DNA of 64,000 bases from Candidatus Wirthbacteria bacterium (GCA_903889905.1 CAISZI010000053.1:10599-74598); one strand, 5' to 3'. Numbered from the stretch's first letter, positions 45,712 through 55,537 are shown. Program-made: numbers and translations. Notes: generated from the sequence alone by a model not told the origin.

Positions 45712-48700
45712 TTATTTAAATTCCAACCTGGCTACGGGCAATTCGAAATAAAACGTGGAACCTTTGCCGACAATGGCATGAAACCAGATTTTGCCACCCA
45801 TGCGTTCGATGATCATTTTGGCGATGGCAAGTCCGAGTCCGGTTCCCAAGGTAGTCTGGGCAATGGCATTGTCAGCACGAAAGAATTTGGAAAAAATCTG
45901 TTTCTGTTGGGTTTTGGGAATTCCGATCCCATCGTCACGGCATTTGAACTGAATTCTATCACCCACGAGCGAAAGGTCAACTTCGACCATGCCTCTCTCC
46001 AGCGAATATTTCACGGCATTGGCAATCAGGTTCTGGATGACGGCTTGCAGGTGGGTGCGATCGGCCAGGATATGCGGCAGTGGACCAGGTGGGGCTTTGC
46101 ATTCCACTTTGATGCCACGTTCATAGGCCATGGCGCGAATATTGTTGATGACGACAGTGGTCTGCTCCAGCAGGTTGATGGGTTCCAGTTTGAGGTCGAT
46201 TTTGCCGTTTTCCAGACGGGAGAGATTGAGCAGGTCATTGACGATGTCGATGAGACGGAGCGTTGAGGCATGCAGTCGGTCGACATAACGGGCCTGGGTG
46301 GGATTGAGGGGGCCGATTTCGGGTTTGGGCAGCAGTTCCAGAATCCAGCGCAGCGCCGTGAGGGGTGTCCTGAGCTGGTGTGAAGCGGTGGCGACAAATT
46401 CATTTTTCATGTGATCGATTTCCCGTTGTTTGGTTGCGTCACGGAAGACGACGACGCAGCCGATCACCGCTCCGTTCAGATCCTTGAGTGGGGCAGCACT
46501 ATCGGCGACAGGTAGTTTGGAACCGTCCTGACGGATGAGCAGGGTCTGTTCACCCATTTCTGCAACCTGGCCCCGGGTAAAGACTGTATCCATAAATTCC
46601 GAAACATCCTTGCCGGTTTTTTCATCCACGAACTGGAGGACATGATTGTAGGGGTGACCGAGCAGGTCTTTTCTGGTAAACCCGGAGAGTTCCAGGGTCA
46701 CTGGGTTGGCCAGGATGATATTCCTGTCCGCATCCAGCACAAACACGCCATCGCCAATGCTGTCGAGGATGGTGGTAATCTTGGCGGTTTCGTCCTTGGC
46801 GGTTTTCAGTGCTTCCTGCAAATTAAGCTGGGACTGGTTGAGTTCCTCGGTGCGTTGTTCCACCTTGGCTTCGACATTGGCTTTGGCGCGGATCAGTTCG
46901 TCCTGGAGATTTTTTTGGGCGGTGATGTCGGTGGAGATGCCGAGCAGGTATTCGGGGTTGCCATCCACGCCCAGCAGGGGGATTTTTTTGGTATTGAGAA
47001 AGCGGGTTCCGTTGGGTGTCTCGATGGGTTCTTCGGGAATGTTTACCAATTGTTTGTGCTGCAGGACTTCCCTGTCTTTTTGGGTAAAAAAGTCAGCCTG
47101 GTCACGCGGGAAAAAGTCATAATCGTTTTTGCCCAGCACTGCACTCTTGCTTTTGCCAAAAATGGCTTCCCCAGCTTTGTTGAGCAGCTTGAATTGCAGG
47201 TTTTTGGTGTCTTTCATGAAAATCATGGCGGGGATGTTTTCGATAATGCTGTTGAGCAGCTGTTCATTGTCCCGCAGTTCTTTTTCGGTTTGTTTGCGGT
47301 CGGTGATGCTTTCGATGGCGACGATGAGGTGTTTGCGGCCATTGATCAGCACGGGTTCGGCGCTGACACTCAGCCACGGCTGTTGAATGATTCCCTGGAT
47401 GTCCAGGGTCGGTTGAATTTCGGCGCGATGGACCGGAACGTTGTCACGGACTACCTGCATGAGTGTCTGGCGCAGCGGACAGCTGCCACAGGAGGTGGAG
47501 AAACCGCAGCCTTTGACGTTCTCGAGGCTGTGGATGCAGCCCAAGCCATTGCCGGCGCGGTGATGGATGACGTTGTCACGGTCGCGAGAGAGCATATCAT
47601 CGAGGACCTGGTTGGATTCGACGATCATCAGGTTTTCATCCATGAGCAGCAGGCCAACTGGGGAGGAAGCAAACAGCGCGTTGAGATTGTCCTTTTCGTG
47701 ACGCAATTCCAGCTCGGCGCGTTTGTGTTCGGTGATGTCCTCAAAAATGGTGGCAAAGTAGTCTGGAGCGGGAGAAAAAACGGAAATCTTGAAACATTTG
47801 TGCATGGGCGAGAATTCCGTCTCGAAGTGTGTCGGTATGCCGGTTTTGACCACGTTGGCATAAATATCCAGATAGGGTGCGGGTGTTGTCTGGTAAAGTT
47901 GACTGGCGTGTTTGCCAAGAGCTTCGCTGATTTTGATGCCCGTGATCGTCGCAAAGGCGGCATTGGCATCCATGATTTCATAATCCGTGGCCTCATCCTG
48001 CGGGTCGTAAAGCAGTTTGTGCAGGACCACGCCTTCGTTCATGGTGGCATAGAGATTGCGGTATTTTTCTTCGTTGATGGAAGCCAGGGTTTGCGCTTGC
48101 TGGCGTTGGTCAAGTTCTCTGGCCAGGGTCAGATTCAGATCAACAATGCGGTGATTGGTCTGACGCCAACGCCAGGAGATGAGATTGACAAAAATGACGA
48201 TAAACAGGAATAGACAGACAATGATCGTGCCAAAAATACAGTATCCGGCCACCGTGGCGGACCAGGTACTGGCGGTCATGTCGACGCCCAGGACGGTGAG
48301 GAGCTGGCCATTGCTATCCTTGATCGGGATAAAGGCACTAACCCAGGTTCCCCATTGGTCCGTGTAGGTCTTAGATGCTTTTTCCTGTCCGCTTAAAAAG
48401 GTTTGCAAAAGTGCAGTTGGCGCCTGCTGATACTCCGAAAATGGAGCAACGTGGTCTGGTGAGCTGATGGGTTCGGCGTCCACGGTGAAGAGAACCTTGC
48501 CGTTTTGCTGGACCATGAGATAGGACCAGCGGATTTTGGCATCGGCCTTGGCTGTTTTGGACAGCATGTCAGAGAGTCGCTGGTAGCTGGCCGAAAGTTG
48601 CTTGTCATGCCCGAGGTCGGCAGAGAGGTCGGCGTGATCCAGAGTGGCGGCAATAATGCGGGCTTCGTCGAGGAATTCTTTGCGAACCGTGGAAGTGCCG

Positions 48701-48852
48701 TAGATTGCCAGGAGTGAGATGAAGAATGTTCCCAGAATTAGAACACCAGCCACTTGGGCGATAAACAGATAGAGATAACGGTGGGTACTGAGGCAGACCC
48801 GCAGTCTGTTTATGGTGTTTTGCGTAGTGGGTTGGGGGTGTGATTTGGCCAT
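45712..48852 (-). CDS. Membrane sensor histidine kinase with an extracytoplasmic Cache-like domain and about 4 PAS domains
   Basis: DQWGTWVSAF sensor motif, PAS repeats, H-box SHQLRTPL, NAVKYS, DDGIGIP, GTGLGL. Confidence 0.93.
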   Translation of the reverse strand: MAKSHPQPTTQNTINRLRVCLSTHRYLYLFIAQVAGVLILGTFFISLLAIYGTSTVRKEFLDEARIIAATLDHADLSADLGHDKQLSASYQRLSDMLSKTAKADAKIRWSYLMVQQNGKVLFTVDAEPISSPDHVAPFSEYQQAPTALLQTFLSGQEKASKTYTDQWGTWVSAFIPIKDSNGQLLTVLGVDMTASTWSATVAGYCIFGTIIVCLFLFIVIFVNLISWRWRQTNHRIVDLNLTLARELDQRQQAQTLASINEEKYRNLYATMNEGVVLHKLLYDPQDEATDYEIMDANAAFATITGIKISEALGKHASQLYQTTPAPYLDIYANVVKTGIPTHFETEFSPMHKCFKISVFSPAPDYFATIFEDITEHKRAELELRHEKDNLNALFASSPVGLLLMDENLMIVESNQVLDDMLSRDRDNVIHHRAGNGLGCIHSLENVKGCGFSTSCGSCPLRQTLMQVVRDNVPVHRAEIQPTLDIQGIIQQPWLSVSAEPVLINGRKHLIVAIESITDRKQTEKELRDNEQLLNSIIENIPAMIFMKDTKNLQFKLLNKAGEAIFGKSKSAVLGKNDYDFFPRDQADFFTQKDREVLQHKQLVNIPEEPIETPNGTRFLNTKKIPLLGVDGNPEYLLGISTDITAQKNLQDELIRAKANVEAKVEQRTEELNQSQLNLQEALKTAKDETAKITTILDSIGDGVFVLDADRNIILANPVTLELSGFTRKDLLGHPYNHVLQFVDEKTGKDVSEFMDTVFTRGQVAEMGEQTLLIRQDGSKLPVADSAAPLKDLNGAVIGCVVVFRDATKQREIDHMKNEFVATASHQLRTPLTALRWILELLPKPEIGPLNPTQARYVDRLHASTLRLIDIVNDLLNLSRLENGKIDLKLEPINLLEQTTVVINNIRAMAYERGIKVECKAPPGPLPHILADRTHLQAVIQNLIANAVKYSLERGMVEVDLSLVGDRIQFKCRDDGIGIPKTQQKQIFSKFFRADNAIAQTTLGTGLGLAIAKMIIERMGGKIWFHAIVGKGSTFYFELPVARLEFK

Positions 48853-48991
48853 CAGTCAATTATAGCATGGAACTGGCAGAACGATGAACCAAATAGTACC
48901 TCTTCCTTAGGGGAGATAATTTGCTGGCGCCCCTTATGCCCCGGCGATCAATGTGGCATCTCAGAGTTTAAATAGCGGTCTTGATGACATA

Positions 48992-50257
48992 TTATTCCTT
49001 ACTTATAAAGACTAAGATTATGCGTTTCCATTGAAACATAAATACCAGGCCCAGCATGATTAGCAAGGTGATGATAATGTTTGGATAGTTGTTGGTAGTT
49101 AGATCAAAACCCATGCCAGTAGTAGGAAGTTTTGAGAAGGAAGTGACTGACACCTTGGTTGTCGCCGAGAGAACTTTTCCGGTGATCGGTGGAGTCGAAG
49201 TGGAAGGAACGATTGGAGTAGAGATGGGAGTAGAAATGGGAGCAATTGTCGCCGTGATATCGTCATTGGTCACGATACACGTTTTGACATCACCTGCAGC
49301 CAGGATCACGTTACCATTGGTATCACAATCTCCACTCAAGCTTTGTGTGTAGAAGGTTTGAGCTGTTTCACTGACCACGTATGTGCCAGCCACTAAGGTG
49401 TAAGCGGTCCCAGGATCCGTTGCCCCGATCGCCGGACTTCCTTTGACATCTGTCCCATCCAGCAAGACGTGAAGGTTGAATTGGGAAGCCGTGGCTGTCC
49501 CCAAGTCATTGTTAACGACGTGTTTGATGACATGCAGCGTTGCTGGAACAGGTGTTATGGCTTTACATGTCGCTTGGCTAACGGCATTCGTATCCAGCGT
49601 CACCGCACCATTTTGAGCCAAAACACTGCCCTCGACACTGGCGCCCGTCGTCAGAGTGATGGACATCGAGGCCAGGATATTGCCTTTGAAGGTTGAGTCT
49701 GTTCCCAGCGTCGCCGAACTGCCAATTTGCCAAAACACATGACAAGCCTGGGCTCCATTGATGAGATTTACCCGACTTGATCCAGCGGTGATGAGTGTCG
49801 AGGCTGTTTTGAAGATAAAGACAGAGGAGTCATCTCCCTGGCCATCTAGCGTCAATGTCCCGGTAATTCCAAAAGTACCTGTTTCAGAGTCGTAGATACC
49901 GGCGAACTTGGTGGTTCCACCCAGTTCCGTTGGCATGGTTGATACGGGGGTTTGCCCAGCAGCGTTGCTGTAAGCAGTATCGAGAGCCGTTTTGGCCTGA
50001 TCAGCTGCTGTGTCAGCGATGTGTTGTGTCCCATTCAGCGTGCCTGGCGGAAACCCAGTGACCGATGTCCCCGGGCTTAATCCTAAATTCCCGTTGATGA
50101 CGCTGGAACCTGTATTGGTAATCGTGGATCCAGCCAGTACCGCATAGCTACCCGCAGTGCCAAGGTTAATACTGGTCGCGGCACTACTGGTTCCCACCAG
50201 GCCGAATATCAATGCCGCAGACAATACCATTACTGACAGTTTCTTTAACATTTTCAT
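48992..50257 (-). CDS. DUF3494 ice-binding protein with Ig-like domain and LPxTG-type C-terminal anchor
   Basis: INLGTAGSYAVLAGSTITNTG, GNLGLSPG, VFWQIGSSATLG; C-terminal LPTTG + hydrophobic helix + KR. Confidence 0.9.
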   Translation of the reverse strand: MKMLKKLSVMVLSAALIFGLVGTSSAATSINLGTAGSYAVLAGSTITNTGSSVINGNLGLSPGTSVTGFPPGTLNGTQHIADTAADQAKTALDTAYSNAAGQTPVSTMPTELGGTTKFAGIYDSETGTFGITGTLTLDGQGDDSSVFIFKTASTLITAGSSRVNLINGAQACHVFWQIGSSATLGTDSTFKGNILASMSITLTTGASVEGSVLAQNGAVTLDTNAVSQATCKAITPVPATLHVIKHVVNNDLGTATASQFNLHVLLDGTDVKGSPAIGATDPGTAYTLVAGTYVVSETAQTFYTQSLSGDCDTNGNVILAAGDVKTCIVTNDDITATIAPISTPISTPIVPSTSTPPITGKVLSATTKVSVTSFSKLPTTGMGFDLTTNNYPNIIITLLIMLGLVFMFQWKRIILVFISKE

Positions 50258-50298
50258 TGAATGCCCTTTCGGAACCCGGTCCAATGTGACGGACAAGA

Positions 50299-51447
50299 CT
50301 ATCTGTGTCCGTTTCGAAGATAAGTATTGGTGATGGTACATGTCTTGTTGTCGCCAGCGTAAAGCGTAACTGCCCCGATAATATTACAACTGCCACTAAA
50401 GGAGCGGATATAGGCAGTATTGGTATTTTCACTGACGATATAGGTGCCAGCAGCGAGGTTATAGCTAGTTCCGGGAGAGGATACGCCCACGGCAGGACTT
50501 CCTGAGACATCAGTGCCGGTTTTTTTGACATGGGTGACAAAGGTTGAGGGAATAGCTGTCCCGCCACTGCCATTGATAACGACTGTCACTACCTTCAGTG
50601 TGGCTGGAATGGGCGGAACCGAAGCAGCAGGAGCGGTGATTGTGCTGGCATCAAGCGTTACTTGCGTTTGCGCCAGGGCTCTACCGTTCAAGACTGCTCC
50701 GGTTTGAATAATCACTTGTTTGGCACTGAGGATGGTTCCATTAAAAGTCGAGTAAGTGCCCAGCGTTGCACCCGTTGAACCACCAACCTGCCAGAAGATG
50801 TTGGAAGCTTTGGCTCCACCAGCGAGAATGACTTTGACCCCGGTGGCGACACTGCCTTTGGAGGCAAGGCTGAGGTTGCCCGAGATTTGAAAGATCCAGA
50901 TATCGTTGGCGCCGCCATAGAGTGTGACATTGCTGGGAATCATTACATTGGTGCTCCATTTGTACAGGCCGGGCGTGATCATTCGACCACCTAAGTTTCC
51001 GGTATACAGCTCCGTTGCTTTCGGGTTGGTTCTGCCAGCAGCCTCGGCGTAGGCTGTGCCCATGTCGAGCACGGCGTTATCCACCAGAGTTTTGTTGGCT
51101 GATGGCGGTGTGCCGGAATAGCAGGTTTGATTGCCACTCCCTACGTAGGCCGCGTCAACGCCGATGATCTTGCCTGTGATTTCGGAACAAAAAACATTAT
51201 TCATCGCCGCTGCAGTTATTGGACTGGAGCCAATGTTTCCGGTTATTTTGGAAGTATGGCTGCCGGTATTGGTGATCCCAGTTTGGGATAGAATAGCGAA
51301 ATTGCCTGTGGAAAGCAGATTGATTGGAGCCAGAGTTGTCGCCGCCACAATGGGTGAGCCCAGACCAAGTGCGAAAAGCGAGAACGCAACTGTCAAAACT
51401 GTCAGGATAGGTCTGAATTTAAATAGTTTCATTTTGGTACCTGTCAT
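50299..51447 (-). CDS. DUF3494 ice-binding protein, secreted, with Ig-like domain
   Basis: Signal peptide, NFAILSQTGITNT, PGLYKW, NIFWQVG, GRALAQTQVTLD. Confidence 0.92.
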   Translation of the reverse strand: MTGTKMKLFKFRPILTVLTVAFSLFALGLGSPIVAATTLAPINLLSTGNFAILSQTGITNTGSHTSKITGNIGSSPITAAAMNNVFCSEITGKIIGVDAAYVGSGNQTCYSGTPPSANKTLVDNAVLDMGTAYAEAAGRTNPKATELYTGNLGGRMITPGLYKWSTNVMIPSNVTLYGGANDIWIFQISGNLSLASKGSVATGVKVILAGGAKASNIFWQVGGSTGATLGTYSTFNGTILSAKQVIIQTGAVLNGRALAQTQVTLDASTITAPAASVPPIPATLKVVTVVINGSGGTAIPSTFVTHVKKTGTDVSGSPAVGVSSPGTSYNLAAGTYIVSENTNTAYIRSFSGSCNIIGAVTLYAGDNKTCTITNTYLRNGHR

Positions 51448-51461
51448 TAATTTGATTATTT

Positions 51462-51701
51462 TTATATCCGACGGCTGACAAAAAGGACGATCAGCGCCCC
51501 AATCACTGCCACCACCATAGAGACGACATTGAATCCTGATATACCGACGCCAAACAATAGTTGTCCTAGATATCCGCCAACCACAGCACCCACAATTCCC
51601 AGGATAATGGAGCCGAGGATCCCACCCTTGGAACTGGGCGAGATAAAGTTAGCAATGCTGCCGGCAATCAGACCGAAGATGATCCAATAGATGATTGTCA
51701 T
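51462..51701 (-). CDS. GlsB/YeaQ/YmgE family stress membrane protein
   Basis: WIIFGLIAGSIA..IILGIVGAVVGG..AVIGA. Confidence 0.92.
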   Translation of the reverse strand: MTIIYWIIFGLIAGSIANFISPSSKGGILGSIILGIVGAVVGGYLGQLLFGVGISGFNVVSMVVAVIGALIVLFVSRRI

Positions 51702-51734
51702 CTTGATTTAACCTCCTAATGTGATAGAACCGAT

Positions 51735-52193
51735 TTATTGATTGTCGACGGATTGTTCGACTTCTTCCTGGTTGGTGGGTTTGACCAGCTGGAACAGCGC
51801 CACAATGCCGTAGGCAATGATGGCGTAGACAGCCATGGCAATCAGCGTTGACCACTCAATCACCATGTCGGCGCTTTTGGTTGTCGCCAGAATGCCGGAA
51901 AACGGCAGGGCGAAGGGATTGCTGATACCGTAGATGAAGCTGGTAAACCCGCTTTGGGCGTTGGCTCCCAGCAGTTTGAGCAGGATTCGAAAGGTAAGCA
52001 GAACTTCAACAATACCCAAGGCATACCAGACGACCTGGTAGGTGCGAAAAATGGCTTTTTTGGTCTGGTATTCTTTTTGGGGTGAGCCCTCATTCACAGT
52101 CGGTCCTGAGGTAAAGGTGCGACGGAAGGTTTGTTCTGGCGCGGGTGAAGCGATCGTGGTTTCTTCGCGTGACTGAGTGATTTGTTCTGGCAT
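51735..52193 (-). CDS. YggT family membrane protein
   Basis: LLTFRILLKLLGAN..FIYGISNPFALPF..LIAMAVYA. Confidence 0.8.
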   Translation of the reverse strand: MPEQITQSREETTIASPAPEQTFRRTFTSGPTVNEGSPQKEYQTKKAIFRTYQVVWYALGIVEVLLTFRILLKLLGANAQSGFTSFIYGISNPFALPFSGILATTKSADMVIEWSTLIAMAVYAIIAYGIVALFQLVKPTNQEEVEQSVDNQ

Positions 52194-52208
52194 GGTTATT
52201 CCTTGGGA

Positions 52209-52397
52209 TTATTTGTTGTCATTGGGTAAATACTGGATCAATGCCCTTTCGACAAAGGTTTTGAAACTGGTCTTTTCAATGATGGCGCGGACACGTGAAT
52301 ATCCGGCACTTAGTTGAAAACCAACTTGTCCTTTGGTGGCAGGAGTATTAATCGGATTTGCGATCAGATCAGTGGACTGATTAATGGGAGTTAACAT
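52209..52397 (-). CDS. Small protein whose C-terminus is paralogous to the RHH protein at 53781-53954
   Basis: Ends FVERALIQYLPN, versus LVEKALIQYLPN in the paralog. Confidence 0.55.
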   Translation of the reverse strand: MLTPINQSTDLIANPINTPATKGQVGFQLSAGYSRVRAIIEKTSFKTFVERALIQYLPNDNK

Positions 52398-52435
52398 TGG
52401 GACACACTTTCTTTATTGTTGGCAATGACGCAGAT

Positions 52436-52588
52436 CTAGCTTGATTTGCGAAACAACCGATAAATGATAATGATAATGGCGATCACCAACAGGACGTGGA
52501 TAAGTGATCCGGCGATGTTCAAAACAAAGCCGCCCAGCCAGGCAATGATGAGAATGAGGATGAGGATGAGAATTTCGATAATACCCAT
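52436..52588 (-). CDS. lmo0937/DUF5670-family small membrane protein (50 aa; not in the ORF track)
   Basis: MGIIEILILILILIIAWLGGFVLNIAGSLIHVLLVIAIIIIIYRLFRKSS; GAAGGA RBS. Confidence 0.85.
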   Translation of the reverse strand: MGIIEILILILILIIAWLGGFVLNIAGSLIHVLLVIAIIIIIYRLFRKSS

Positions 52589-52612
52589 AATTTTCCTTCT
52601 TTAAGTAGTTGA

Positions 52613-52957
52613 TTAATTTTCCTGCGCGGCTTTTTGGGCGTCTTTGATCCCGTTGCGCAGCGTTTTTTTGACTGAATCGGTCACTTTTTTCGCTTTTACT
52701 TTGCCTTGCAGGAGGCGGATATCCAATTCGTTTTTTTTGACCATTGCTTGATCTTGAAAATCACCGATCGAATCCAGCGCCTGATTTTTGATGTCCGTTA
52801 ATTTGGTTTTGACCTCTTGGCGTTTGTGCTGATTGGAGAGCGCCGCGGCACCGACAGCAAAGGCTCCGGCACCTATCATCGCGCCTGTGAGTGCGACGAC
52901 GACTGGATTGGGCCCTTTTGGTTCGATAATGGGTTCTTTTTGTTTAGTTGCTTTCAT
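52613..52957 (-). CDS. YtxH-like general stress protein
   Basis: GAMIGAGAFAVGAAAL followed by a Lys-rich coiled region. Confidence 0.6.
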   Translation of the reverse strand: MKATKQKEPIIEPKGPNPVVVALTGAMIGAGAFAVGAAALSNQHKRQEVKTKLTDIKNQALDSIGDFQDQAMVKKNELDIRLLQGKVKAKKVTDSVKKTLRNGIKDAQKAAQEN

Positions 52958-53014
52958 GATCTTCTCCTTGGTAATGCAATTAATTTTTTCATTGCCCTAC
53001 TTGTTGCACTTTGC

Positions 53015-53080
53015 ATTATAAAGAGATTGTCCAGCGGACGCAGTAACTCAGCTCATGCAGCTGATGTGACTGAAATCACA
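53015..53080 (-). promoter_or_regulatory. Crp-dependent promoter: -10 TATAAT plus two Crp boxes
   Basis: Perfect TGTGA-ctgaaa-TCACA at 53065-53080; weaker AGTAA-ctcagc-TCATG at 53042-53057; TATAAT on the - strand at 53015-53020. Confidence 0.75.
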
Positions 53081-53119
53081 GACCAGATGAGAGATGAAAC
53101 GTCAGATGGACAGGCTAAA

Positions 53120-53788
53120 TTAACGGTCGGTTACTGATTTACTTGCTAGCAATTCCGCTTCGAGTTTCTGTATGTCGTGGAATTCCATGCCATGGTCAAC
53201 GAAATGAATAAGATTTTTATGGGAAAGTTTTTGTAGTTCAATGCTGGCAGTTTCGCGCGCTATGCCAACCAAAGTTGCTATGTCCTGGTGAGTGAAGTGG
53301 TGTTTGATCATAACCGTATTCCCCGACTGTTCACCAAAATGTTTAGCAATATAGAGCAAAATCGAAATAACCCGGCGATAGGCATCACTGAAGACGAGAT
53401 GTTCAATACGGGTGAGCGATTCGGCGTAGTCTTTAAGTAAGTCGCTCATCAGGGCGAAGATCAGTTCCGGTTTGTCTTTGATAAAGCCAACAACCTGGTC
53501 CCGTGGCGCACGGCCCACTTCCACCCTCGTGAGCGCTTCAAAGTTGTAGACATTGGGCGTGCCATTGATGGCCCAAACCTTGGGGAAAAAAGATGTCGGT
53601 TGTAGGATATGTAGCGTCAGTTCCATTCCAGTTTTGGAAAGGGTGTACTGGCGGACATAGCCTTTGGTCAGACAAAAGATACCCTGCGGCTCGTCGTCGG
53701 CACGGATTAGCATCTCGCCTTGTTTGTACTGGCGCGGCTGGAACTGGTCAAAAAATTCTTCAAATACCTTGGTCTTGATATTAGTCAC
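53120..53788 (-). CDS. Crp/Fnr family transcriptional regulator (RET recognition helix)
   Basis: cNMP barrel LTKGYVRQY; HTH FTHQDIATLVGIARETAS. Confidence 0.92.
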   Translation of the reverse strand: MTNIKTKVFEEFFDQFQPRQYKQGEMLIRADDEPQGIFCLTKGYVRQYTLSKTGMELTLHILQPTSFFPKVWAINGTPNVYNFEALTRVEVGRAPRDQVVGFIKDKPELIFALMSDLLKDYAESLTRIEHLVFSDAYRRVISILLYIAKHFGEQSGNTVMIKHHFTHQDIATLVGIARETASIELQKLSHKNLIHFVDHGMEFHDIQKLEAELLASKSVTDR

Positions 53789-53954
53789 TTCCCGTTGCTT
53801 TCTTGATGACTATTTCATTGGGAAGGTATTGAATTAATGCTTTTTCCACCAGATTGGTCAGGCTCAAACCCTCGACTACCGCCTGCACTTTGGCTTGTTT
53901 GGCAATGGTTGGGTTGATAAACAGAGTGATGCGTTGTTTGGAGTTAGTTGTCAT
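53781..53954 (-). CDS. Ribbon-helix-helix (CopG-like) DNA-binding protein
   Basis: KQRITLFINPTIAKQAKVQAVVEGLSLTNLVEKAL; overlaps the start of the crp gene. Confidence 0.7.
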   Translation of the reverse strand: MTTNSKQRITLFINPTIAKQAKVQAVVEGLSLTNLVEKALIQYLPNEIVIKKATGSD

Positions 53955-54250
53955 ACTTGATATGGTACGCTTATTTGTAGTACTTGTCGAATATGAGATT
54001 AGACGAAGAGATAGCCAAAAATTAAAAAAAACCTCAAGATGAGGTGTTTGAAGTTGTTGTTTTGCCACAGGCAGCAAGCACAATGATGCAGTTGGTCAGG
54101 TAGGAACGCAGGACAAAGTTTATGCTTATGGGAACCCTTGTTGATGAATTAACTGGGAGAAGCTGACCTAAGTCTAGCGATGATTTTTGAACAAATCAAA
54201 AAATCCCCGCACGACGAATAGGAGGCCCGATGTTTTGTTTGGTTTTGCTG

Positions 54251-55537
54251 TCAGCCTGTTGCCTGTTTGAGTTCCTGAATCGCAGCCTGCACCGTGGGTT
54301 TGGGCAGTTCCGTTTGGGTCCACTGTTGCCAGGCTTGCAGGAAGTGGTCGCGGTCCAATTCTCCTTGATCGCTTAGCCCCTCATTCGATCTCGTCACAAT
54401 CTGATCGATGACAAACAGCAGGACGCGGCAAACGAGCGGGTCAAATTGCTTGCCGGATTCGTTTTGAATGTAGGTAGCGACTTTCGACAGAGGCCATGTT
54501 ACTGTGCGATAGTGACGTGGTGAGGTCAAGGCGTCCATGACATCGACCAGAGAAAAGATGCGGGCGACCTGCGGGATATCGTTGCCGGTGAGGCCTTGGG
54601 GATAGCCGGTCCCATCCCAACGTTCATGGTGACAATAGGGAATGTCGAGTATGACGCGGAATTCCTTAATCTTTTCCAGCAAGTTTTTGCCAATGGTAGT
54701 ATGCTTATTCATCTCCAGACGTTTCTCTGGTGACAGTTTTCCGGGTTCGAGAAAAATGTCATCCCTGATGCCAATTTTCCCGATATCGTGTAAGCGGGCG
54801 CCCAGATTCTGTTGCGATATCGTTGCATCGTCTAGTCCGAGGGCTTTGGCCAGCAGCTCAAAGGTGATGGCCACGCGATCAGAATGGTCGGCCGTTTCCA
54901 AGTTTTTTGTTTCCAGTAGATTGACCCAGACTAAGGCTAATTCGCGCAATGCGACTTGGGCGCGTTGTCTTTCCATGTCCAAGCGCTGTCTTTCCATGTC
55001 CAAGAGTTCTCTTTCCAAGACCAACTGGGTGACGTCTGCAAGCACGGTCATAAATTGACCCTGTTCTGTTGACCTGACATTGACTTTGAAATAACGCTTG
55101 GTTGCTTCGATGTATTCCAAAAAAGATGCGGGTTTGCCTGTTTTGGCTACAGCCGCATAATAACGATCAAGTTGATCTGGAGTATGAAGAATTGACGATG
55201 CCAGCTGGCCTTCAACTGATTGTGAGGGATCGAGACCCATATCGCGGTAGTAAGCAGGATTGGCATGCAGGATTATATAGTCGACAGCGACCATGCCATC
55301 CGTTATTGGTTCGTCTGCAGCAAGTGGTCGCGGTATTACGTCATTAGGTCTGGTATAGAGGACTTCATAGAGTACAACACCTTCAGACATGATTTCGAAT
55401 AGTTGGCGGAAATTTGTTTCGCTTTGTCGTCGAGTTATTTCAGTTTCACCCCGTCTAGAACCCGTAGCAGTTACTACCTCCATGGGGGCTGGATGTGTAA
55501 AATCGGGTTCACTTGGCCTTGTGTTATCTATTTCCAT
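54251..55537 (-). CDS. PAS + HD-GYP cyclic-dinucleotide phosphodiesterase
   Basis: HSDRV, LHDIGKIG, HHERWDGTGYP, DVMDALTSPRHY. Confidence 0.9.
   Translation of the reverse strand: MEIDNTRPSEPDFTHPAPMEVVTATGSRRGETEITRRQSETNFRQLFEIMSEGVVLYEVLYTRPNDVIPRPLAADEPITDGMVAVDYIILHANPAYYRDMGLDPSQSVEGQLASSILHTPDQLDRYYAAVAKTGKPASFLEYIEATKRYFKVNVRSTEQGQFMTVLADVTQLVLERELLDMERQRLDMERQRAQVALRELALVWVNLLETKNLETADHSDRVAITFELLAKALGLDDATISQQNLGARLHDIGKIGIRDDIFLEPGKLSPEKRLEMNKHTTIGKNLLEKIKEFRVILDIPYCHHERWDGTGYPQGLTGNDIPQVARIFSLVDVMDALTSPRHYRTVTWPLSKVATYIQNESGKQFDPLVCRVLLFVIDQIVTRSNEGLSDQGELDRDHFLQAWQQWTQTELPKPTVQAAIQELKQATG

Noticed and set aside
46642-48213. Long antisense ORFs (523 aa here; also 3193-4110, 36640-37533, 57676-58476 and others)
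   Set aside because: They are shadows of well-supported genes on the opposite strand and show no motifs of their own.
54961-55003. 21-bp tandem duplication (LDMERQR twice) in the HD-GYP gene as a repeat system
   Set aside because: It is a single in-frame heptad duplication in a coiled-coil linker.
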